DNA from: Octopus sinensis
Lineage: Eukaryota
Length of the DNA: 64,000 nt
Reading direction: 5' to 3'
Assembly (NCBI RefSeq): GCF_006345805.1
Contig: NC_043018.1
Coordinates: 28,396,001-28,460,000 of the forward strand
This document shows positions 53,363-64,000 of the stretch, piece by piece. Positions within the stretch are counted from its first letter, which is position 1; every line of letters starts with the position of its first letter. The translations under genes and the position numbers were made by a program. A model generated the notes under the pieces. It was given only the letters and a program-made list of their open reading frames with translations. It was not told where the DNA came from and ran no database searches.

Positions 53363-53619
53363 GCAAGCACAAATGAAGACACATACAATAGAAATACAAA
53401 ATGGCTTACGGTTGGTAAGGAGATGCACACAAATAAGAAAGAAGAAAGCAAAGGACCACTGATGCGGTCACAGGAGTGTGACGAAAGAACTCTGGCCGAA
53501 ATAAGATTAATATTAATGTAAAAAATAAATAACTCTGAAGCAAAGTAACACCAAATATATAGTGCGTTTGTTTTTATTGGCTAAACTGACAAAATGACCA
53601 TTCCTAAATACAACAATAT
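53068..53619 (+). repeat. Tandem dimer (period 293 bp) separated by (ATT)n, each unit with an HHR-like motif
   Basis: 53068-53326 ~ 53361-53619. Motif ggacca-CTGATGCG-gtcac..gtgac-GAAA-g-aa-CTC-tggcc. The terminal ~45 bp recur inverted at ~60395-60440. Confidence 0.75.
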
Positions 53620-53645
53620 TATTATTATCATTATTATTATTATTA

Positions 53646-53688
<43 letters not shown>

Positions 53689-53695
53689 ATAATTA

Positions 53696-55530
53696 TTACG
53701 CTTGACTTTTGCTTTGTATTTGTACAATTTGTCTGCAAGTCTCACCCAGGGACCTCAAAAGACAAAAAGTTAGAAGTCCAAGTTGGTGTTATGCCTAAAG
53801 TGTCATATATTTGGTTTGGCACAAAGTATTGTTCTAGAGAATGTTTAAGAAAACCTAAGAAAATAATAAGTTTGTTTTAAAATGTGAAATTACATAGACA
53901 GTATTTTACGTAGGATATAGGCAGTTCCCATGAGCTAGGTAGGACTCAGCCCCTTTTGCTAACATTCCTAGGGCACCTATGACAACATTTATTGTTTTAT
54001 AATCTTGAGGTTCCACATTTTGCCAATTTCTATTTTAAGATCTTTATACTTGCTCAGTTTCGGTAGATCTTGACAGAGACATTTATGTCGATTGGGATAG
54101 TCATATCAATGAGGAGGCATGATTTTTGTTTAAAGTCCTTCAGTATAATGTATGGCCTATTTGCATCTATCTTTCTGTCAGTTTGAATGGTGAAGTTCCA
54201 GAGGAGTGAGATGTGATCATTTTCAAGCACTGGAGGTGTTTTGTGTTCCCACCAGTTTTTCTCATGGGGCAAGTCCAGGTTTTTGCAAATTACTCAGTGA
54301 ATATACTGTGCTGCTCTAGCATGCCTGTTGAGATACTCTGTGGGCTCAAGAAGACAGCATAATCAATGATTTAATTTTGTTGTTTACATACACAACATGT
54401 TGAGCTACTGTCACTCCTTAATATGTTGACCTTGTAGCTCCTTGTAGGTTAGCATTGATATTAAAGAGAAAGTTTACGAAAATATACAAAATACGAAGGC
54501 AGGTGGAGTACAAACAAACAAATGTATAGCGCTCAGGAATAGAAAAGTATTTTATGTTTCGAGCCTACGCTCTTCGACAGAAAGATACACAGAAAAAAAT
54601 CAAGGAGAGAAACAAGGAGAGTAAAAAAATGCGTGTAGGAGCTAACGATCTATCATGGCGTCCTGACTTCGGACTGGTCAGATATTAGGCTGCTATGATA
54701 CACCCAACTGTTTCCGATTTTAAACCAGAAGACACTAACCATTGATGGCTAAGGGCTTTGTCAACATCAGCATTATTAGCTATCTTTGTGTATTTGCCAT
54801 TGAGAGGTTTTTCTTGACATTTATCAGTAGGAATATCTAAGTCAGCAGTTTTAGCATAGGTTTTCATACGCTTAGGTTTTTCTGTTCTTGTTTCCATTAC
54901 GTCTAATTCTGGTATTCGTTGTATTTGGAATTCACTTAGATATTCTTTTACCTGTTTTGTTACTGAGTATGATGCTCTCTTGCTTTCGTGCGTTAAGATA
55001 AGTTATAACATTCAGCCATCAGAGTTTTTCAGGTAGGGGTTCAGGCCTATTGTAGCAATCGTCATTGTTAATTCCAGCCACCATCTTGTTCTGGCGGGTA
55101 AAGTCGTTCTATATCTGCCTTAGGTTGGTGCATTCTATGTATTGTCAGCAATTTTCATATTTTACTGTCAAGATTAAATATTTCAGTAATTGACCACTTA
55201 ATGGAATTGAAGCTGTAAGTCACGACCGGTATGGCTAAAGTATTGATCGCTTCGATCCTGCTTCTTGCATTCAGCTATCTTGAGTATTGCACTTACTCTG
55301 GGATAACATTCTCTTCTGATCCTTTCCCACATCACTGAATGTTTGATTCCATCAACTTCAAATACCCATAGATATTTGTAGTTCTCCGCTGGTTCTAACT
55401 CCTTTATGACATTCGGCTAGTCAAAATTAACGCTGAATGTTTCTGTCATTTTCCCTTTGACAAAGGTAGCTTTTGCACAGTTACCGAGGCCAAATTGCAT
55501 CCTGATGTCATCAATGAATTGTTTAATAAC
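53696..55530 (-). mobile_element. 5'-truncated R4/Dong-like LINE (RT 3' half + restriction-like endonuclease), decayed
   Basis: Peptides YKYLW, WLVSSGLKSETVGCIIAA, WWEHKTPPVLEND, LWNFTIQTDRKIDANRPYII and LIDMTIP. The 3' end abuts (TAA)n, the known Dong target. Confidence 0.8.
54464..54680 (-). repeat. Family C repeat nested in the Dong LINE with a 7-bp duplication gatatta
   Basis: gatatta at 54457-54463 and 54681-54687. HHR-like motif at 54548-54585. Confidence 0.7.
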
Positions 55531-55684
55531 CTACAGAGCTAACTAAGGAGTTAGAACCAGCGGAGAACTACAAATATCTAGGGGTATTTGAAGTGTCTAT
55601 AGAACATGATTACTGCTTTATTTTATCGAACCTTCATTTGTTGTTCACGACGAGAGAATTCATCATTCATTTATATATATGTAA

Positions 55685-56136
55685 TATGCAACAATTATTT
55701 GGTAGCCATGATAAAAATCCACGTTTCGGATGCCGAGGTGGAAATACACGCCGCCATCTCTTCAGTTATCCGGTCCCGGATTACTGAAGAGAATGCGGCG
55801 TGGATTTCCACCTCGGCATCCGAAACGTGAATTTTTATCATGGCTACCGAATAATTGTCACATATTACATTTACAGATAAATTTCTCTATTTACATAATA
55901 TCGAGGTCTCTTTCTTTCTTTTGTTCTCTTACCATTTTTATCAATATATATATATATATATAGTTATGGCCCGATAACTGAAGAAATGCCGGCGTGGATT
56001 TCCGCCCAGACATTCAAAGCTCGAAATTTTATTATGGCTACCGAATACTTGTCACATATATCTACAGATAAATTCCTCTATTTACATAATATCGAGGTGT
56101 CTTTCATTCTGTTGTTGTCTTACCATTTCTTTCAAT
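55685..56136. repeat. Three short HHR-bearing pLTR-like fragments related to the Naiad-like PLE (inverted pair centred at ~55775, plus a direct copy 55965-56136)
   Basis: ccggataa-CTGAAGA-..gtggatttccac..ggcatcc-GAAA-cgtg. The tail matches the reverse complement of 420-520. Confidence 0.75.
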
Positions 56137-56141
56137 ATATA

Positions 56142-56187
<46 letters not shown>

Positions 56188-56214
56188 GAGAGAGAGAGAG
56201 AGAGAGAGGTAGAT

Positions 56215-56223
56215 ATATAGATA

Positions 56224-56258
<35 letters not shown>

Positions 56259-56291
56259 CATAATAGATAGATACATAGATAGATAGATAGT

Positions 56292-56358
<67 letters not shown>

Positions 56359-56448
56359 GTAGATAGGTAGATAGATAGATAATTAGATGGATAGATAGAT
56401 AGATAGATAGATAGAATAGATAGAATAGATAGATAGATAGATAGATAG

Positions 56449-56526
<78 letters not shown>
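56215..56526. repeat. (GATA)n microsatellite, continuing at 57821-57990
   Basis: Direct inspection. Confidence 0.95.
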
Positions 56527-56528
56527 TA

Positions 56529-57818
56529 CGAGGGGCGTTCAGTAAGTAATGCCCCTGATCCATTTGTAGTTGTTTGATCTTGCTGAAATTTTGCATGTGC
56601 AATTATGTCTATCTCTATAGAGTAAGTGGCAAATTACAGCTCTGTATTAATCGTGGTTTCTGATTTACAGGTGTTTGAACTGAGTCAAGTGTGAAATGGA
56701 GCCTGTTGAGTGTCGAGCAGTGATTCGGGTTTTGTATTTGAAAGGACGCACACCACTGGAGACTTTTGATGAAATGAAAGTAACTTATGGTAATGATGCC
56801 CCATCATATGACCTTGTAAAATGCTGGCATCGTGAATTCAAACATGGTCGGAGCTCTGTGGAAACAGCCCCCAGATCTGGTCACCCTCCTTCTGCCATTG
56901 ATGAGGCATCTGTCCGTCAAGTTGAGGCTGCCATTTTGGAAGATCGACGCATAACTATTCGCCAAATAGCCTATGAGGTCAAGATTAGTACCGGGTCTGT
57001 GGAAACTATCGTTCATGACCATTTGCATATGCAAAAGGTGTCTGCCAGATGGATTCCCATGTTGCTCACACCTTTCCAGAAGCAAGAACGCGTCGAGTGC
57101 TCGAGGATGAATTTGGAGATGTGCCATGAAGATGAGTCAAAATTTTTCAAAAGACTGATTACACAGGATGAAACCTGGGTCCATCACCATGATCCAGCGA
57201 CCAAAGCCCAGTCAATGCAGTGGAAACACCGTGACTCACCTCCTCCAAAGAAGGCAAGGGTACAGCCCTCCGCTGGCAAGGTCATGCTCACAGTCTTCTG
57301 GGACCAGGACGGAGTAGTGATGACAGATTTCCTGGCAAAGGGTACCACATTTAAAGGAGCCTATTATGCTTCACTTTTGAGGAAATTAAGAGAAGCTATC
57401 AAAATCAATAGGCGGGGCAAGATCAGCAAAGGCATCCTCCTCCTGCAGGACAACGCTCCGGTCCACAACATGCGTGTCGCCAGATCAAAAGCACAGGCGT
57501 GCGGCTATGAACTCCTCCCCCAACCCCTTCTCTCCTGACCTTGCACCCTCTGATTTTCACCTCTTCCCACCCATGAAGTTGTTTTTCAAAGGAAAGCGTT
57601 TCCCAGATGATGCAGCCTTGATTTCTGAAGTCAGGTCGTGGTTGGAGGACCAAGCTGGGGTCTTCTACAAAACGGTCTCTAGAGCTGCATCAAACGATGG
57701 GAGAAATGCGTAACTCTGGGTGGTTCCTATGTAAAAGAAGACTAATAACTGTGCCACGTGTTGTTGCTCTACTGCTATGGGAAGTGGGTCAGAGGCATTA
57801 CTTATTGAATGCCCCTCG
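56529..57818 (+). mobile_element. Full-length mariner DNA transposon (1290 bp) with TA TSD, inserted in (GATA)n
   Basis: TIRs cgaggggcgttcagtaagtaatgcccctga and tcagaggcattacttattgaatgcccctcg, with TA on both sides. Confidence 0.95.
56696..57745 (+). pseudogene. Mariner DD34D transposase with frameshifts near 57520 and 57670
   Basis: Motifs WIPMLLT, ITQDETWV, LQDNAPVH and SPDLAPSDFHLF. Confidence 0.92.
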
Positions 57819-57917
57819 TAGATAGATGGATAGATATAGATAGATAGATATAGATAGATAGATAGATAGATATAGATAGATATAGATAGATAGATATAGA
57901 TAGATAGATAGATAGAT

Positions 57918-57988
<71 letters not shown>

Positions 57989-58615
57989 TAGATATATAAG
58001 ATATATATCGTCTACACACTTTCTGTCAATACAGAATAGAAAACTTTGCTCAAGGTTCTATGTAGTAGAACTAAATCCGACACCTCGTCATTGCAAAGCG
58101 ATCCTTGTAAACAGAGAACCACGCCTATATGGAGTCCATTTTACCAGGATTATAAATTACGTCATAGGCTCTCATTTTTCTTAACTTCATTGTCGCCATC
58201 TTTGTGTGTGGAAATAATAGAAATTTATAGCTTTAAGTTCCATAAAGACATTAGGCGAAAGTTGAAACAAAATGTTGACTATATAATGTAATAAAACCAA
58301 TTATTGTGGTACTGATTACCCATCACTAAGTATTCTCTTGTAGTTCATAAAATTTCTTTCAACTAATACACCCAAATAAACATTAATGTGTATATATACT
58401 TAAATACGTGTATATGCACACAGAAGCAATCACACACACACACACACACACACATATAGTGAAATGTGTGTATACTTCCATCTATATGTATATATATATG
58501 TATATATATATATATACACACACAGACCCAAACACACCCACACTTATAAGTAGATAGATACTAAATAGATTAAAATGTTTCTATCCAGGATAATTTTCTC
58601 AGTGCAGTTTCTTGT

Positions 58616-58673
<58 letters not shown>

Positions 58674-59678
58674 TGTGTGTGTGTGTGTGTGTGTGTGTGT
58701 TGTTATAATCGTTTTAAAATACACACCTAACCCACACGCAAACACACGCATACTCATACATACAACAAAACACATTTGTACACGTGTGTGGTTGTGTGAG
58801 TACGTGTGAAGATGGAGAGTTATATTCCATTTCCATAAAAGATAGAAAATATAAGAGAATAATTTAAACAAGGAAACCTTCCATACCTTCATGTGGTTTT
58901 TTTGTATAAAAATTTGAGACCATAAAAAGCTGCTGTTTTTGTCATAAAACTGTTGTGGGAAACATAATTACTATAAAAAAATCTTTAATACATGGCTCTG
59001 CTACAATGTTTCTGTTCGATAATGTTGTGATACTTCTATTTGTTTGTCTTTGTCATCAAATCCGTCTTAAAAAGCTTTTCTTTCACCACTGAACAATGCA
59101 CACCATTGAAACATTTTTAAAAAAATGAATTTAAATGATTTCGGCACCAATCCAAACATTTAAAATTTTCTCAAACAATTATGGTATATTTCTTACAATT
59201 TATTGCGTAGAAGATATAAAAATGAAATGTCTGAAAGGATTTTTAATATAATGTGTACTGTAATCAAGTTTTATTCATCTTAATCTTTATATTCATAAAA
59301 CTGATTCTTGATATTATATTTGTCTTCACGTCTATCGTTCTGTCGCCTGTTTTCCTAGCGATGTATCTCTTTACACACACATGCACAAAGCACATACATA
59401 GAAACGCACATACACACACGTAGGTTCAGACTGAGTTCGTATCGCTGAAGGAATTCGCTTTGCAATCATTCAGATTCTTGTACGATCCGACTTCGTGGTA
59501 CTTTGAGGGAAAATTCTTGATCATAGACTCGCATCAGACCAATGTTCTCCGTGCGGAGCAGTGTAAATGGAAACAGTATACGAACTAATCAAAGGTAAGG
59601 AACTGCTTCATTCTTGTCACGCTATGTAACCCCGATACTACTTTCTGAATTTCACTAATAGTAAACATTTTCCTGTCA

Positions 59679-59968
59679 GCCTCGGACCGACCAAAGCCTT
59701 GTGAGTGGATTTGATACACGGAAACTGAAAGAAGCCCGACATATATATGTATATGTGTGTGCTTGTGTGTCTGTGTTTGTCCCCCAACATCACTTGACAA
59801 CCGATGCTGGTGTGTTTACGTCCCCGTAACTTAGCGGTTCGGCAAAAGACCGATAGAATAAGTACTAGGCTTATAAAGAATAAGTCCTGGGGTCGATTTG
59901 CTCGACTAAAGGCAGTGCTCCAACATGGCAACAGTCAGATGCCTGAAACAAGTAAAAGAGTAAAAGAG

Positions 59969-60000
<32 letters not shown>

Positions 60001-60503
60001 GGAGTGGCTGTGTGGTAAGTAGCTTGTTTACCAACCACATGGTTCCGGGTTTAGTCTCACTGCGTGGCACCTTGGGCAAGTGTCTTCTGCTATAGCCTCG
60101 GGCCGACCAAAGCCTTGTGAGTGGATTTGGTAGGCGGAAACTGAAAGAAGTCTGTCGTTTATATGTATATATATGTATATACGCGTGTGTGTGTTTGTGT
60201 GTCTGTGTTTGTCCCCCTAGCATTGCTTGACAACCGATGCTGGTGTGTTTATGTCCCCGTTACTTAGCGGTTCGGCAAAAGAGACCGATAGAATAAGTAC
60301 TGGGCTTACAAAAGAATAAGTCCCGGGGTCGAGTAGCTCGAGTAAAGGCGGTGCTCCAGCATGGCCGCAGTCTGAAACAAGTAAAAGAGTATATATATTG
60401 TTGTATTTCGGAATAGTCATTTTGCCAGTTTAGCCAATAAATATATATATATATATATTTATATATATATTTATATATATATATATAATATATATTATAA
60501 TAT

Positions 60504-60566
<63 letters not shown>

Positions 60567-60966
60567 TTTATATATATGAGTGGCTGTGTGGTAAGTAGCT
60601 TGCTAACCAACCACATGGTTCTGGGTTCAGTCCCACTGCGTGGCATCTTGGGCAAGTGTCTTCTGCTATAGCGCCGGGCCGACCAATGCCTTGTGAGTGG
60701 ATTTGGTAGACGGAAACTGAAAGAAGCCTGTCGTATATATATATATGTGTGTATGTGTGTGTGTGTTTGTGTGTCTGTGTTTGTCCCCCTAGCATTGCTT
60801 GACAACCGATGCTGGTGTGCTTACGTCCCCGCCACTTAGCGGTTCGGCAAACGAGCCCGATAGGATAAGTACTGGGCTTACAAAGAATAAGTCCCGGGGT
60901 CGATTTGCTCGACTAAAGGCGGTGCTCCAGCATGGCCGCAGTCAAATGACTGAAACAAGTAAAAAG
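59679..60966 (+). mobile_element. Three SINE family 2 copies in a row (59679-59970, 60001-60390, 60578-60966)
   Basis: Head ggagtggctgtgtggtaagtagc..ggttcagtccc, CORE-like gcaccttgggcaagtg, internal (TA)(TG), tail gaaacaagtaaaagag. Confidence 0.9.
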
Positions 60967-62290
60967 ATGTATGTATATATAATATATATATATATATATA
61001 GATAAGAAAGTTTGTTTGGTAAAGCTCGTGGGTGAATATATAAGAAAATAGTAAAGTGTGAAAAAACGACAGAAGGCTTAAATGTTAAAAAATATATATA
61101 TATTTGTGTCAAAATGTCTGGAGAATATTGGAAAAAATTTTTTCCTTTCCTTAAAATGACATAATTTTAAAATTTTTAAAGAAATTACCGGTTTCGCGTG
61201 TAGCTTTTCAAATTTCTTGTGACGTTATGTTTATATTGCATGGAGTTATCGTTGTGTTTATTTTCAGGAGATTTCTAATAAGGGGAGATAGTGAGTGATT
61301 TCTTCTTCCGTGTAAGGGAGATAATCGCTTAAAAATTTTTTTCCCCTTTCCCTTGTTAATTTCTCGTGTGTATATGTTCGGATGGTGAGTCTGGGCTTGT
61401 ACTTTTCAATGAAGAATGTTTCCTTGTTCAGTCTCATTTGTGTTGATGATCCGAAGCACATTGGTAAAATGGGAAGATTAAAAATTGTGGCAGTAGTTGC
61501 TTTGCGCATTTCTCAATGTGCTCACTAAAAGGTATCATTCTATATTCTGGGAATGCAATCTGTTGTCGATGAGCAGTGTGCATCTACGCCTGAGTGATAG
61601 TCCCGTGGAACCCACGTAGTCTTGGTGGCAGCCCGAGCATTTAATGACATAAATTATGTTTTCAGAGGCACAAGTAAAGTTAGATTTGATCTTGAATTTC
61701 TGTCCCTCTTTAAAGAAGAATTCTGATCCTTCCAATAGGTTAGGACATGTTGCACAGTTCGATCTACCACATTTTTTTACTTTTGCATCCGTAATTTTAG
61801 AAGACAATTTTGCCTTTGTGAGAATCTTTTTAAGTGATTTAGGCTGTTTGTAGCTTTTAATGATTTGGTGTATGTTTAGAATTTCCTTTAATTTTGGGTT
61901 TTTATGAAGTATTGGTAAATTCTGGGTGATGATGGTGAAGGCTTCTTGTTTTCTGGGGTTGTATGTAGATATGTAAGTAGTATTTTCGGGGACGGTGTGT
62001 TGTTGTGTTGAACTTTTCTTAAAGTTTCTATGTTGATTTCTGTTGCACGTCTGATCCCAACCTCTATGAGTTGAGCTGGGTAATGTCTGTCAATTAGGGT
62101 GTTTTTGAGTTCTTGCAGTCTAAAGTTCCTGGTATTTTGTTCTGACACTATTGTACATATCCTTCTTGCAAGGTTGAAGGGGATGTTTGTTTTAGTGTGT
62201 CTTGGGTGACATGAATTAAAAAGAAGGTATTGTTTGGCGTCTGTGGCTTTGTAGAAAATGTCTGTTTCTATTTTAAGGTTAATTTTTTTA

Positions 62291-63511
62291 ACCGGAATTG
62301 CTATGGGTACAAGGGCAGCACCAGTCATTGCGAACTTAACAATGGGATACATGGAAATAATCATTTACCAGGAATCTCTATCAATCTTTGGAAACTCCCT
62401 CTCTCAATACATAAAAGAGAATTGGAAACGATTCCTAGACGATTGTTTCACTCTCTGGAATGAAAACATAGATAAACTCCTAAAATTTAAAAACCTATTG
62501 AACAGCATAAACCCAAATATACAGTTCACAATGGAATACAACCAAAAGGAGCTCCCGTTCTTGGATATACTAATTAAAAAAATTAACCTTAAAATAGAAA
62601 CAGACATTTTCTACAAAGCCACAGACGCCAAACAATACCTTCTTTTTAATTCATGTCACCCAAGACACACTAAAACAAACATCCCCTTCAACCTTGCAAG
62701 AAGGATATGTACAATAGTGTCAGAACAAAATACCAGGAACTTTAGACTGCAAGAACTCAAAAACACCCTAATTGACAGACATTACCCAGCTCAACTCATA
62801 GAGGTTGGGATCAGACGTGCAACAGAAATCAACATAGAAACTTTAAGAAAAGTTCAACACAACAACACACCGTCCCCGAAAATACTACCTTACATATCTA
62901 CATACAACCCCAGAAACAAAGAAGCCTTCACCATCATCACCGAGAATTTACCAATACTTCATAAAAACCCCAAATTAAAGGAAATTCTAAACATACACCA
63001 AATCATTAAAAGCTACAAACAGCCTAAATCACTTAAAAAGATTCTCACAAAGGCAAAATTGTCTTCTGAAATTACGGATGCAAAAGTAAAAAAATGTGGT
63101 AGATCGAACTGTGCAACATGTCCTAACCTATTGGAAGGATCAGAATTCTTCTTTAAAGAGGGACAGAAATTCAAGATCAAATCTAACTTTACTTGTGCCT
63201 CTGAAAACATAATTTATGTCATTAAATGCTCGGGCTGCCACCAAGACTACGTGGGTTCCACGGGACTATCACTCAGGCGTAGATGCACACTGCATCGACA
63301 ACAGATTGCATTCCCAGAATATAGAATGATACCTTTTAGTGAGCACATTGAGAAATGCGCAAAGCAACTACTGCCACAATTTTTAATCTTCCCATTTTAC
63401 CAATGTGCTTTCGGATCATCAACACAAATGAGACTGAACAAGGAAACATTCTTCATTGAAAAGTACAAACCCAGACTCAACCATCCGAACATACTGACAC
63501 AGAGAAATTAA
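62291..63511 (+). CDS. 5'-truncated but uninterrupted PLE RT C-terminus + GIY-YIG
   Basis: Motifs TGIAMGT, RFLDDCF, LPFLDI, KCGRSNCATC, IIYVIKCSGCHQDYVGST and ETFFIEKYKPRLN. Confidence 0.88.
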   Translation, partial: TGIAMGTRAAPVIANLTMGYMEIIIYQESLSIFGNSLSQYIKENWKRFLDDCFTLWNENIDKLLKFKNLLNSINPNIQFTMEYNQKELPFLDILIKKINLKIETDIFYKATDAKQYLLFNSCHPRHTKTNIPFNLARRICTIVSEQNTRNFRLQELKNTLIDRHYPAQLIEVGIRRATEINIETLRKVQHNNTPSPKILPYISTYNPRNKEAFTIITENLPILHKNPKLKEILNIHQIIKSYKQPKSLKKILTKAKLSSEITDAKVKKCGRSNCATCPNLLEGSEFFFKEGQKFKIKSNFTCASENIIYVIKCSGCHQDYVGSTGLSLRRRCTLHRQQIAFPEYRMIPFSEHIEKCAKQLLPQFLIFPFYQCAFGSSTQMRLNKETFFIEKYKPRLNHPNILTQRN

Positions 63512-63647
63512 CAAGGGAAAGGGGAAAAAAATTTTTAAGCGATTATCTCCCTTACACCGGAAGAAATCACTCACTACCTCCCCTTATTTAGAAATCTCCT
63601 GAAAATAAACACAACGATAACTCCATGCAATATAAACATAACGTCAC

Positions 63648-63687
63648 AAGAAATTTGAAAAGCTACACGCGAAACCGGTAATTTCTT
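63648..63687 (+). ncRNA. Minimal type I HHR variant (U3-A8); inverted copy at 61179-61218
   Basis: aagaaat-TTGAAAA-gc-tacac-gc-GAAA-c-cg-GTA-atttctt. Perfect 7-bp stem I and palindromic ACCGGT stem III. Confidence 0.75.
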
Positions 63688-63821
63688 TAAAAATTTTAAA
63701 ATTATGTCATTTTAAGGAAAGGAAAAAAATTTTTCTAATATTCTCCAGACATTTTGACACAAATATATATATATTTTTTAACATTTAAGCCTTCTGTCGT
63801 TTTTTCACACTTTACTATTTT

Positions 63822-63871
<50 letters not shown>

Positions 63872-63878
63872 TATATAT

Positions 63879-63926
<48 letters not shown>

Positions 63927-63940
63927 TATAATATATATAT

Positions 63941-63986
<46 letters not shown>

Positions 63987-64000
63987 ATATATAATTATAT

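Larger units (their letters stand above)
61001..63826. mobile_element. Second Neptune-like PLE copy forming a ~2.8-kb inverted structure (minus arm 61001-62290, plus arm 62291-63826)
   Basis: 61030-62290 is the reverse complement of ~62575-63825. Same family as 44318-47970. Confidence 0.92.

Overview
AT-rich, microsatellite-dense eukaryotic DNA with no convincing host gene. The SINE families suggest an octopus or other coleoid cephalopod (inference). Nearly all recognisable sequence is mobile DNA: a tandem Naiad-like Penelope (PLE) array, two Neptune-like PLEs with inverted 5' arms, two head-to-tail full-length Tx1/L1-clade LINEs, an R4/Dong LINE next to (TAA)n, a full-length mariner plus mariner relics, Gypsy and CR1 fragments, and many tRNA-derived SINEs. 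Most of the supplied ORFs are microsatellite artefacts. Two things stand out. (1) At least eight distinct families of type I hammerhead ribozyme (HHR) or HHR-like motifs occur in PLE ends and small non-coding repeats. (2) Both Tx1-like LINEs sit at one 18-bp site, present three times, which lies in the long extended stem I of an HHR in a ~357-nt retrozyme-like repeat. This suggests a sequence-specific retrotransposon that targets a ribozyme-bearing element. All structures were read by eye; none were computed or tested.
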